Below are positions 22,477-31,747 of a DNA stretch of 64,000 bases, one piece after another (within the stretch, counting starts at the first letter, position 1; the number at the start of each line of letters is the position of its first letter). The DNA is from Nostoc sp. (GTDB lineage Bacteria; Cyanobacteriota; Cyanobacteriia; Cyanobacteriales; Nostocaceae). The translations under genes were made by a program, and so were the position numbers. The notes under the pieces were generated by a model. That model searched no databases, had not been told where the DNA came from, and saw only the letters and a list, made by a program, of their open reading frames with translations. Location of the stretch: the NCBI RefSeq assembly GCF_036917155.1, contig NZ_JBALDZ010000150.1:12699-76698 (forward strand). Direction: 5' to 3'.

Positions 22477-22950
22477 ATGATTAAATCTTGGATGGTGATT
22501 GGGGGTGTGGCTTTCTTAGTTGCTTTAGCCGCGAACGTGATTACGCCTAGCGATCGCCAATGGTTCAAGCGTTTACAAAGACCAAGATGGCTAACCTTTG
22601 AGGGCGCGATTCCCATTATCTGGACTGTAATATTTATTTGTGGTGCTTGGTCAGCTTATATTGTCTGGGAAAAAGACCCAGGAAGCACTTCAACCTGGTT
22701 AATTATGGCTTTATATCTGCTATTAGAAATTGTCACGATTGCCTATACGCCTATCATGTTTAAGCTTCGCAGTCTGAAAGTGGGCACAATTCTCGGTGGC
22801 ACAGGTTTGATCATCAGTGCTTTATTGATACTTGCAGTCTTAGGTTTTTCTGGTTGGGCAGCACTATTACTAGTTCCTTATTTACTCTGGAGTCCTATTG
22901 GTACTTATACCACTTGGCAGATGATCAGTCTCAATCCTGAAGATGCCTAA
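22477..22950 (+). CDS. tspO: TspO/MBR family protein
   Basis: WFKRLQRPRW, IWTVIF and LLVPYLLW motifs; about 5 TM helices. Confidence 0.88.
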   Translation: MIKSWMVIGGVAFLVALAANVITPSDRQWFKRLQRPRWLTFEGAIPIIWTVIFICGAWSAYIVWEKDPGSTSTWLIMALYLLLEIVTIAYTPIMFKLRSLKVGTILGGTGLIISALLILAVLGFSGWAALLLVPYLLWSPIGTYTTWQMISLNPEDA

Positions 22951-23040
22951 GAATCGCCCCAGAGAATGATTAAACATATAGCCTAAATTGTCAAACTTGC
23001 AGTGTATGACTTGACAAAATACACAAAACTTGAGTGCATT

Positions 23041-23514
23041 ATGATTCCATCTTGGATAATAATTGGGGCTGTAACCTTCTTCATTGCTCTTGGGAGTTTC
23101 TTGATTACGCCGCGTGATGTTAAATGGTTTGCACATTTAAGTCGCCCTCGCTGGCTAATTTTTGAGCCGTTAATTCCGTTTATCTGGACTGTGATTTTTA
23201 TTGGTGGTACAGCTTCAGCTACTATTGTCTGGCAAAAAAATCCCGGAAGCCTAATGACTTGGCTATTAATGGCTTTGTATCTCGTGGTGGAAATTATCAC
23301 CGTTGCCTACATACCTCTAATGTTGAGATTTCGCAGTCTCAAAATTGGGGAAATTCTTGGATTAATGGGTTTGATTTTAGCCGTTGTCCTGGCAATCTGC
23401 GTTTTACCGATTTCTCTAATGGCGGCGCTGTTACTCCTTCCCTATCTAGTTTGGACTCCCATTGGTACTTACACTACTGACGAGTTAAGAGAGTTAAATC
23501 CTCAAGATGCATAA
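23041..23514 (+). CDS. tspO: TspO/MBR family protein (tandem paralogue)
   Basis: Same 157-aa length as the upstream gene and collinear with it (WFAHLSRPRW, LLLPYLVW, LNPQDA). Confidence 0.88.
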   Translation: MIPSWIIIGAVTFFIALGSFLITPRDVKWFAHLSRPRWLIFEPLIPFIWTVIFIGGTASATIVWQKNPGSLMTWLLMALYLVVEIITVAYIPLMLRFRSLKIGEILGLMGLILAVVLAICVLPISLMAALLLLPYLVWTPIGTYTTDELRELNPQDA

Positions 23515-24217
23515 GTAGTCGTCCATAACGTGCTGCGACAGGATTGCCTGGATTGGATTGATTATTCAGCCAAGCCCACATTTGATCGCCGACAGAAAAA
23601 TGCCACCATTCTCTAGGATTGCGTTGAAAGCCGGCTTTTAACATTACATCTCGCAATAACTGACGGTAAGCATGATACTTTTGTGCCTCTGAGTCATCGC
23701 TATTGGCATAATAATCGGGATGCGATCGCTCTGACATTTCATCAATTGGCGAACCCATATTTATTATTTGCCCAGCATCATCTACCAGCGTCACATCCAC
23801 CGCCGCACCTGTACTGTGAGGAGGCGGAGTTTTTTCATCCAAACTCGGTACAGCCCAAATTTCATAAACCGCCTGCCAAATTTCTTGACGTTGGTTTGGT
23901 AACAACTCCACCTCAGTCAGTCCCCTATCCTGCACTGCTTGGGCGAAGCTGTAATCTACCATAAACTGCTGAACTGCGATCGGGCGATAGGCATCAAAAA
24001 TTTGGATATGCCAGTTAGGATGCAGAATATTAAGATAATTTTGCGCTTGGAGCAAATTTTCAATAACGCTTTGACGGAGATAATAGGGGGAGCGATCGCC
24101 ATAAGGCGCACCTAATTTTTCATAAGGATGGGGAGATTCCACCGCAAATAATTCTAAAGGAATCTTGATTAGCGGTTCACCACACTCGAAAATTGGGATT
24201 TGATGATAAGGCCTCAT
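23474..24217 (-). CDS. D-alanyl-D-alanine dipeptidase (M15D/VanX family)
   Basis: FDAYRP, PHSTGAAVDVTL and EWWHF motifs; start at MRPYHQ. Confidence 0.9.
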   Translation of the reverse strand: MRPYHQIPIFECGEPLIKIPLELFAVESPHPYEKLGAPYGDRSPYYLRQSVIENLLQAQNYLNILHPNWHIQIFDAYRPIAVQQFMVDYSFAQAVQDRGLTEVELLPNQRQEIWQAVYEIWAVPSLDEKTPPPHSTGAAVDVTLVDDAGQIINMGSPIDEMSERSHPDYYANSDDSEAQKYHAYRQLLRDVMLKAGFQRNPREWWHFSVGDQMWAWLNNQSNPGNPVAARYGRLLMHLEDLTLLTRQ

Positions 24218-24278
24218 GTGAATAATTCGTAGTTCGTAATTCGGGAAAAATTTAGGCAATTGCCAAATCATAATGTAA

Positions 24279-24560
24279 GAGGATGTTTGAAAAGTATTAG
24301 GCGAATAAAATTCGCTACTAGACATCTCCAGAAATTAAAGATGCGTTACCCAGAACCCTCGTAGAGACGTAGCACTGCTACGTCTCTACATTCTTTTTCG
24401 GAGATGTCTATCTACTACACAAACGTTCGCGAGTGCGTCTCTAAGAGTTGTCCACTAAGAAAAAATCAAGGGTTTTTAACCCACGGAGGTGGGTTTTGTT
24501 TGTGTAGCCGCGAATTCTATTCGCCCGGTGAGTAATAAATTAGACTTTTCAAACAACCTC
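24279..24560. mobile_element. Nested MITE complex
   Basis: Outer TIRs GAGGATGTTTGAAAAGT/ACTTTTCAAACAACCTC are flanked by a TAA duplication. An inner element at 24321-24408 has TIR GACATCTCC flanked by TA. Confidence 0.75.
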
Positions 24561-24797
24561 TAAAACTAAGATTTCATCTGCTCTCAAAGTAGCCATTGCA
24601 TATTCACAGCCTTGGGTATCAGCAAACTCGACTAGATAATGATATTCTTCTTCTTGCTCATACACTTCTACAATTGTTCCAACTTGCCCACTGGGTAAGC
24701 TTTCGATAGAAGTATAATCTTCTTCTACTAGTTGTAATCTCTCAGTGGAAATAGCCTTGAGTGTATCAATAGTATCCAAAAGTTTAACTTTTTTCAC
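24549..24797 (-). CDS. DUF4926 domain protein, C-terminus probably altered by a MITE
   Basis: KLLDT...LPSGQVGTIVEVY...YLVEFAD motif; the last codons and stop lie inside the MITE TIR. Confidence 0.7.
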   Translation of the reverse strand: MKKVKLLDTIDTLKAISTERLQLVEEDYTSIESLPSGQVGTIVEVYEQEEEYHYLVEFADTQGCEYAMATLRADEILVLEVV

Positions 24798-24857
24798 GTC
24801 TATGAATATGACCTAACAGACTTCAAATTTTATCATTCACGGTTCGTTTCTCCAAAA

Positions 24858-26327
24858 ATGCTCAATCAAAACCAAATACCTGTATTAGACGCCTTAAAAG
24901 CCAATGCAGCCCGTCCCCATACTCCCTTTTACACCCCAGGACATAAACAAGGCAAAGGCATCTCTCAACCCTTAGCTGACTTACTTGGCAAAGATGTCTT
25001 TCGCGCTGATTTAACCGAATTAGCAGATTTAGATAATCTCTTTGCACCCCAAGGTGTTATTCAAAAAGCCCAACAACTAGCGGCTGAGGCGTTTGGTGCT
25101 TCGCAAACATGGTTCCTTGTCAATGGTTCTACTTGTGGGATTGAAGCGGCAATTCTTGCTACCTGTGGAACAGGCGATAAAATTATTCTGCCTCGAAATG
25201 TGCATTCTTCGGCGATCGCTGGTTTAATTCTCTCTGGTGCTATACCAATTTTTCTTAATCCTGAATACGACCCAGTTTTAGATATTGCCCATAGCATCAC
25301 GCCCAATGCTGTACAATCTGCACTCCAACAGCATCCAGATGCAAAAGCAGTGTTGACAGTTTACCCAACATACTACGGCGTTTGTGGAGATTTGAGTGCG
25401 ATCGCCAACATCACACATCAATATAATATCCCTCTACTTGTAGATGAGGCACACGGCGCACACTTTGCCTTTCATCCCGAATTACCAACTCCAGCTTTAG
25501 CAGTAGGTGCAGATTTAACTGTGCAATCCATCCACAAGGTACTTGGTGCAATGACACAGGCATCAATGCTGCACGTTCAAGCTAATAGGATAGATGGCGA
25601 TCGCATCAGTAAAGCTTTGCAACTTGTACAGTCTACCAGTCCTAGTTATTTACTTTTAGCTTCCTTAGATGCAGCGCGTCAGCAAATGGCACTCCACGGA
25701 AAAATGCTGATGTCTCGCACTTTGCAACTTGCTGACGAAGCTAGAACGATAATCAGTCAAATTCCTGGATTATCAATCTTAGAAATGCCTCGGTTGGGGG
25801 GATCTCCTGGGTTTGTGGGTTTAGATAAAACACGACTAACTGTCACAGTTTCCGCTTTAGGCTTAACTGGATTTGAGGCAGATGAAATTCTGGATGAAAA
25901 ATTAGGCGTTACTGCTGAATTTGCCTCACTGCAACATCTCACCTTTATCATTAGTTTGGGCAATATCCTAGCCGATATTGAGCAATTAGTCCAAAGTTTT
26001 ACTACCCTCACAAAAGAATATCGCCGAACTGATTCAACAGTTAAAAACCAAGTTTGGCAAAATCTGGATAAAACACCGAGTTCTGCTTTAAAACTTTCTC
26101 CCCGTGAAGCTTTTTTTGCAGTTAGTGAAACATTACCTTTGTCACAAACTAATAAACGCATCTGCGCCGAAATCATCTGTCCCTATCCCCCAGGAATTCC
26201 TGTGTTAATGCCGGGAGAAGTCATCACCAAATCTGTCCTGGAATATCTACAACAAATCCAGGCTATGGGGGGATTTATTAGCGGTTGCAATGATATTAGC
26301 CTCAGAACTTTGAAAGTTGTGAAATAA
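24858..26327 (+). CDS. Orn/Lys/Arg decarboxylase (PLP-dependent, fold type I)
   Basis: FYTPGHKQG, LVNGST, VDEAHGAH, QSIHK, STSPSY and PYPPGIP motifs. Confidence 0.92.
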   Translation: MLNQNQIPVLDALKANAARPHTPFYTPGHKQGKGISQPLADLLGKDVFRADLTELADLDNLFAPQGVIQKAQQLAAEAFGASQTWFLVNGSTCGIEAAILATCGTGDKIILPRNVHSSAIAGLILSGAIPIFLNPEYDPVLDIAHSITPNAVQSALQQHPDAKAVLTVYPTYYGVCGDLSAIANITHQYNIPLLVDEAHGAHFAFHPELPTPALAVGADLTVQSIHKVLGAMTQASMLHVQANRIDGDRISKALQLVQSTSPSYLLLASLDAARQQMALHGKMLMSRTLQLADEARTIISQIPGLSILEMPRLGGSPGFVGLDKTRLTVTVSALGLTGFEADEILDEKLGVTAEFASLQHLTFIISLGNILADIEQLVQSFTTLTKEYRRTDSTVKNQVWQNLDKTPSSALKLSPREAFFAVSETLPLSQTNKRICAEIICPYPPGIPVLMPGEVITKSVLEYLQQIQAMGGFISGCNDISLRTLKVVK

Positions 26328-26526
26328 CATACTCACTCTTAATTTATGAATTATTTTTGATAAAGATTTAATTATATAGTCAACAGTAGATATGCGGTTA
26401 AATAGAGGAATAAGTAAAAATACACAGTAATTATACAGCTATAAAACTTCAATGAAAATAACAACAAACTAATGCCATCTTTGACTTATACCCATAGGAT
26501 CATATTGATGATTACTCAAATAAAAG

Positions 26527-27510
26527 ATGAAATCGAAAATCTATTATGTTTGGAGATTAGTAGCAACTCCGATTGTAGTCACTCTGGCGCTGGGTTTCTC
26601 AGCAAGAGCGAATGCAGTTGAGTTAGGCGCTGCCTCTGATTACAATGTATTTGTTCTGGGAGATATCACTCAAAAATATACAGATATTGAAGGAAAACTT
26701 GCTGCTGGCGGTAATGTGAATTTCGTCGGCGGACTTGGAAGCAAACTTTCTGGCAATAGCGGGAACGTAGTAGTAGCTGGACAAAACTTAACTCTAAGCA
26801 ACGGTCAAGTCTACCACGGTAATGCAGTCTACGGAGGCAGTGCTAATGTGTCTAGCAATGAGGGGTTTCCACAGGGAACTTTCACCAAGGGTAATTCCAT
26901 CGACTTCAATGAAGCAGGGAAACAACTACGAGGACTATCTCAATATTTGGCAACCTTAACCCCTACTGGTAAAACAACTGTTCAATCTTGGGGTGCTATT
27001 AACCTTAGTGGTAGTGGTACTGCTTTCAATGTTTTTAATGTTGCCGGCTCAGATGTCTCCAAGACAAACTATTTTGAAATTAAGGGGGATGCAAATTCAA
27101 CTATTGTTATCAATATCAGCGGTAAGGATGTGTCGCTGCAAAACTTTGGGTTCAATATCCTTGGCACAGATCAACAAAAGGTGATTTACAACTTCTATGA
27201 AGCGACAAACATAACTGCCAGTGGGATTAGCATACTAGGTAGTATTCTTGCGCCTTTAGCTAATTTCAATTTCAATAACGGTCAAGTTAACGGCAATGTA
27301 GTAGTAGCTTCCTTAACAGGAAATGGCGAATCTCACAACTATCTGTTTAATGGCGATCTGCCAGATGTCCCAACTAAGTACTACACTCCGCCTACGCCTC
27401 CCACTCGTACTCAGGTTCCAGAGCCGACAAATCTTCCAGGTTTAGGATTAATTGCTGTAGCATTTGGTTTGTTTCGCTACAAACGCAATCCAATAACTTG
27501 CTTAAAATAG
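26527..27510 (+). CDS. Choice-of-anchor A domain protein with PEP-CTERM sorting signal
   Basis: Signal peptide; YNVFVLGD..DIEGKLAAGGN and YNFYEAT..GSILAP motifs; C-terminal VPEP followed by a TM helix and basic tail. Confidence 0.85.
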   Translation: MKSKIYYVWRLVATPIVVTLALGFSARANAVELGAASDYNVFVLGDITQKYTDIEGKLAAGGNVNFVGGLGSKLSGNSGNVVVAGQNLTLSNGQVYHGNAVYGGSANVSSNEGFPQGTFTKGNSIDFNEAGKQLRGLSQYLATLTPTGKTTVQSWGAINLSGSGTAFNVFNVAGSDVSKTNYFEIKGDANSTIVINISGKDVSLQNFGFNILGTDQQKVIYNFYEATNITASGISILGSILAPLANFNFNNGQVNGNVVVASLTGNGESHNYLFNGDLPDVPTKYYTPPTPPTRTQVPEPTNLPGLGLIAVAFGLFRYKRNPITCLK

Positions 27511-27645
27511 CTAGAAATTTTTGGCAGCATAGCGCATGACGCGAATTTATTTATAGATTTTCGCTCATGCGTTATTTCCTTACTCTCTACCTTCTACAAT
27601 AAGGATAGACTTTATTGAGATTTGTATAGTTGGGGATCAGCTGTC

Positions 27646-28665
27646 ATGGCTCCCGCCGTTTTCATTCAAAATTTGCAAAAGTGCTACGGCACAGTGGTTG
27701 CCGTCCAAGATGTTTCCTTTCAGGTAGAACCAGGAGAAATCTTTGGTTTACTTGGCCCCAACGGTGCTGGGAAAACTACTACCTTGCGTGCCTTGTGTAC
27801 GTTGACCACACCGGATGCTGGCAAAATCGAAGTATCTGGCATCTCTGTGTTAGATAATCCGAGAGTGGCAAGACAACGACTAGGCTATGTAGCTCAGGAA
27901 GTCGCTATAGATAAGGTGCTGACTGGAAAAGAACTGCTGCAATTGCAAGCAGCACTTTATCACCTCCCAAAAGCAGTAGCCAAACAGCGTATTGAGACGG
28001 TATTAGATTTACTCGGTTTGCAAGAATACGCCAATAAAAAGACAGGAACCTACTCTGGCGGTTTACGCAAGCGCCTAGACTTGGCTGCTGGGTTGCTCCA
28101 TGCACCGGATGTTTTGGTGTTGGATGAGCCAACTGTGGGGCTTGACATAGAAACTCGTTTTGTGGTATGGGATTTCTTGAGAAAATTACGCGCCTCTGGC
28201 ACGACGGTAGTAATTACCAGCCATTATTTAGAAGAAATTGACGCCCTAGCTGATCGCGTGGCAATTATAGATCGCGGCGTTGTAATTGCCAGTGGTACAC
28301 CTTCGCAATTGAAAGATCAAGTAGGGGGCGATCGCATCACCTTGCGAATCCGCGAGTTTTCCCCCATTGAGGAAGCTGAAAAAGCCAAAAACCTCCTGAA
28401 ACCTTTGCCCTTTGTCCAAGAAGTGATCATTAACAGCGCTCAAGGTAATTCCCTTAACTTAGTGGTGACACCTCAAAACGATGTTCTGATTAACATACAG
28501 CAAGCGCTAACAACCTCTGGCTTGCCCATATTTGGCATCGCCCAATCTCGCCCCAGCCTCGATGACGTTTACCTTGCTGCCACAGGACGCACATTGTTAG
28601 ATGCAGAACTCGCAGCTGTTGCTACCCGCGATCCCAAAGCTGAGAAAAAGCAGAATATGAGATAG
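27646..28665 (+). CDS. ABC transporter ATP-binding protein (DrrA-like)
   Basis: GPNGAGKT, YSGG and LDEPT motifs. Confidence 0.93.
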   Translation: MAPAVFIQNLQKCYGTVVAVQDVSFQVEPGEIFGLLGPNGAGKTTTLRALCTLTTPDAGKIEVSGISVLDNPRVARQRLGYVAQEVAIDKVLTGKELLQLQAALYHLPKAVAKQRIETVLDLLGLQEYANKKTGTYSGGLRKRLDLAAGLLHAPDVLVLDEPTVGLDIETRFVVWDFLRKLRASGTTVVITSHYLEEIDALADRVAIIDRGVVIASGTPSQLKDQVGGDRITLRIREFSPIEEAEKAKNLLKPLPFVQEVIINSAQGNSLNLVVTPQNDVLINIQQALTTSGLPIFGIAQSRPSLDDVYLAATGRTLLDAELAAVATRDPKAEKKQNMR

Positions 28666-28712
28666 GGAATGGGGCATTGGGCATAGGGTATGGGGCATGG
28701 AAATACTCATTG

Positions 28713-28908
28713 GTGTCAACTTAACGCGAAACCGCTCGTCCGTCGGGAATTGAAATTCCCGCCTCATAGCTAAAGTCATCTGAAGATGACTAAATATCGC
28801 CAAAAATCTTCAGTATACTTCAGTAGACTTAAGCTAAAAGCCAAAGGAATTTATTCCCTGGCGGGCGATGAAGCCAACAGTTAAGCTATTTTTGGCAAAA
28901 GTAGACAC
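28713..28908. mobile_element. MITE-like symmetric element inside an inverted STRR pair
   Basis: Ends GTGTCAACTT/AAGTAGACAC, with mirrored internal hairpins. Confidence 0.55.
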
Positions 28909-28993
28909 TTATGGGAAATACTTCCCAATGCCCAATTCCCAATGCCCAATGCCCAATTCCCAATGCCCAATGCCCAATTAATCCAAAATTCCT

Positions 28994-29881
28994 ATGAGCG
29001 TTACTCCTAAATCTGATATCAATTGGCAGCCACTAGCATCGCCGCAAGCAGATGCTAATACTGCACCTAACTTTTTCGGTGAATTGGTACAAGAGACGTT
29101 GGCTTTAACTCGTCGCTTGTTTATTCAGTTGCAACGCCGTCCCTCATCTTTAATTGCTGGAATTATTCAACCAGTAATGTGGTTAGTACTATTTGGTGCA
29201 TTGTTCCAAAATGCTCCCAAAGGTATATTTGGCAACACAACAAATTACGGTCAATTTTTGGCTGCTGGCATCATTGTGTTTACAGCCTTTGCTGGGGCGC
29301 TAAATGCTGGTTTACCGGTAATGTTTGACCGTGAGTTCGGCTTTTTGAATCGTTTGCTGGTAGCACCATTAGCATCGCGGTTTTCTATTGTCTTTGCCTC
29401 AGCAATCTTCATCATCAGCCAAAGTTTGTTGCAAGCAGCCGTAATTGTTGCAGCAGCAGCATTCTTGGGGGCTGGACTACCAGATATCGCGGGTTTAAGT
29501 GCGATCGCTCTTATTGTCTTGCTCTTAGCTTTGGGAGTAACAGCTATCTCCCTCGGTTTAGCGTTTGCTCTACCCGGACACATTGAATTGATTGCAGTGA
29601 TTTTTGTCACTAACCTACCATTATTGTTTGCGAGTACTGCTTTAGCACCTCTATCTTTCATGCCTCAGTGGTTGCAGGTTATCGCTACCCTGAATCCTCT
29701 TAGCTATGCCATCGAGCCAATTCGCTATCTCTATTTCCACAGTAATTGGGAATTAGGTAGTGTAGTGATGCAGGCTCCTTGGGGCAATGTTACCTTTGGG
29801 GGAGCGTTGCTGGTGTTGTTTGGCTTTGCCATAGTCGCTTTACTAAGTATTCAACCCCAACTGCGTCGGACTCTTGCTTAA
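28994..29881 (+). CDS. ABC-2 type transporter permease
   Basis: DREFGFLNRLLVAP and MPQWLQVIATLNPLSY motifs. Confidence 0.92.
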   Translation: MSVTPKSDINWQPLASPQADANTAPNFFGELVQETLALTRRLFIQLQRRPSSLIAGIIQPVMWLVLFGALFQNAPKGIFGNTTNYGQFLAAGIIVFTAFAGALNAGLPVMFDREFGFLNRLLVAPLASRFSIVFASAIFIISQSLLQAAVIVAAAAFLGAGLPDIAGLSAIALIVLLLALGVTAISLGLAFALPGHIELIAVIFVTNLPLLFASTALAPLSFMPQWLQVIATLNPLSYAIEPIRYLYFHSNWELGSVVMQAPWGNVTFGGALLVLFGFAIVALLSIQPQLRRTLA

Positions 29882-29917
29882 AGAGATAAAATAGATAAAT
29901 CTTAGGGTAGAAACCCC

Positions 29918-30316
29918 ATGAAAAAACCATTTTTACAAATTACTAGACTGTTTGTAGCTACGGCAGCAGGGATTAGCTTTGCTTCCTTGCTGATGGCTCA
30001 ACCCAGTTCCGCTCAAACCAGCAGCCCAGAGGATGCTTTTCCCAGTACTAGTAACACAGACCAAAATACCAATCCTTTCTCCCGTTCCAACTCAGATAAT
30101 TTCAACATGCTTGACCTGATTCATCGGGCAAATTTTGGTACTCTCAACTGGAATTCTGACCAACAGAACGAAGAACTAAACTCAGCAGCAGCAGCCTTTA
30201 AAGCAAGGCAACAAAAATTAATTCAAGGTCAACAACGGCAAGCAACCCCCAGTTCGCAGACGATTATACTACCATCAACTACGCCGCCATCGGTTACACC
30301 GCCATCAGGTAACTGA
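29918..30316 (+). CDS. Hypothetical secreted protein
   Basis: Signal peptide followed by a low-complexity S/T/Q/P body. Confidence 0.65.
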   Translation: MKKPFLQITRLFVATAAGISFASLLMAQPSSAQTSSPEDAFPSTSNTDQNTNPFSRSNSDNFNMLDLIHRANFGTLNWNSDQQNEELNSAAAAFKARQQKLIQGQQRQATPSSQTIILPSTTPPSVTPPSGN

Positions 30317-30328
30317 ATTCAAATAAAG

Positions 30329-30356
30329 AACCCCAAGCCTGTAGAGGCTTGGGGTT
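30329..30356. terminator. Hairpin between convergent genes
   Basis: AACCCCAAGCCT-GTAG-AGGCTTGGGGTT, a perfect 12-bp stem. Confidence 0.7.
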
Positions 30357-30394
30357 GAGAATATTTAAAAAATCCTTAATTATCAGGTAAAAAA

Positions 30395-30832
30395 CTACAG
30401 GCCAAGTGCAGTTAAAACATCACTAGCATGGGTGGTAGTATTTACACTAGCGTCAACATGGGTAATTTTGCCGTTGGGGTCAATTACGTAGGTGACACGC
30501 TTGGCATAACCACCGCCATCCACATCGAAAGCTTTGATGAGGGATTTTTCGCTGTCTGCCAGTAGGGGAAAATTCAAATTATATTTTTGGGTGAATGCCT
30601 GATGCGAGACTTCATCATCTGCACTGACTCCCAAGACTACAATATCTTTGCCTTGATATTGAGGTTGGGCATCCCGAAAACTACAGGCTTGTTTGGTGCA
30701 ACCTGGCGTGTCATCTTTGGGGTAAAAATACAAAACCACTGTCTTTCCGGCAAAATCAGATAACGAGACTGTGTTGCCGTTTGTATCTTTGGCGGTAAAT
30801 GCAGGTGCATCCGTACCAACTGCTAGAGGCAT
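30395..30832 (-). CDS. bcp: Peroxiredoxin (PrxQ/BCP)
   Basis: YFYPKDDTPGCTKQAC motif. Confidence 0.93.
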   Translation of the reverse strand: MPLAVGTDAPAFTAKDTNGNTVSLSDFAGKTVVLYFYPKDDTPGCTKQACSFRDAQPQYQGKDIVVLGVSADDEVSHQAFTQKYNLNFPLLADSEKSLIKAFDVDGGGYAKRVTYVIDPNGKITHVDASVNTTTHASDVLTALGL

Positions 30833-31025
30833 AATTAACCTTTCCTGTTTCAGATTGTTGATGCACTTGAAATTTTACATTAATTTATAATGATTAAAAT
30901 AATTACTAAGAAATAGCATAACTATACTTTAGGTAACTAATTTTGGTTTAATGAGGTGTTTACTGCAATAAAAAAGATATTCTTCAATTAATCTTTTTAA
31001 GAAGAAAAATTTATACCCATACACA

Positions 31026-31430
31026 ATGCCTGTTGTTGATTCCCAAAACCCAAATATTTTTGTCTATCCTCAAAGTACAGTAGAAAGAGCCGAGCGATCG
31101 CTAGTGTGTTCACCCTTTAATGTATCTTTATTTGAAGTGATGGGACACCAGAGTGTGTCATTAACTGCGATCGCACTAGAAAATGGACGCAAGCAGGGCT
31201 ATACCAAGCGCCCTTTATCAGAATTAGCCTGTGATAACGCCTTGGGCTGGCTAATTCAAGTGGGTGTATTGCGGCGAGAAGTCGATGGACAGGGAATTAC
31301 AGATAGTTTTCGCCTCACTCCTTTGGGACGCCAGTTAGTGGAACAATATCAAGGAAAAAATTGGCGTACTCCTTCATGGCGCGATCGTTTCTATGATACT
31401 GTGATTCGTTGGTTACGGATACCTTTTTAG
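31026..31430 (+). CDS. Conserved cyanobacterial protein (Npun_F0494 family)
   Basis: WLIQVGVLRREVDGQGITDSFRLTPLG signature. Confidence 0.75.
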   Translation: MPVVDSQNPNIFVYPQSTVERAERSLVCSPFNVSLFEVMGHQSVSLTAIALENGRKQGYTKRPLSELACDNALGWLIQVGVLRREVDGQGITDSFRLTPLGRQLVEQYQGKNWRTPSWRDRFYDTVIRWLRIPF

Positions 31431-31747
31431 AATCAAAACCCCAAGAGTTAGGATTAGGGAATCAAAGGGAACAATATATACGGAAACATCACATCTATTC
31501 ATGAAGTCTTTACCATAATCATCTAATGGCATTGGGCATTGGGCATTGGGCACTTGTACTGAACTTTGCCTTGGCGTAGCTTCTTGTAGAGAAGTATTGG
31601 GTGCGGGGCATTAGTTATTTCTCCCTCATCTCCCTAATCTCCCTCATCTCCCCTGCTCCCCTGCTTTTTAAATGATGGACGATTGTTACATAACTATTCG
31701 CTCCTAAAAATTAACCCTGTATCTTGAAAAACTAAGTGATAGCGACT

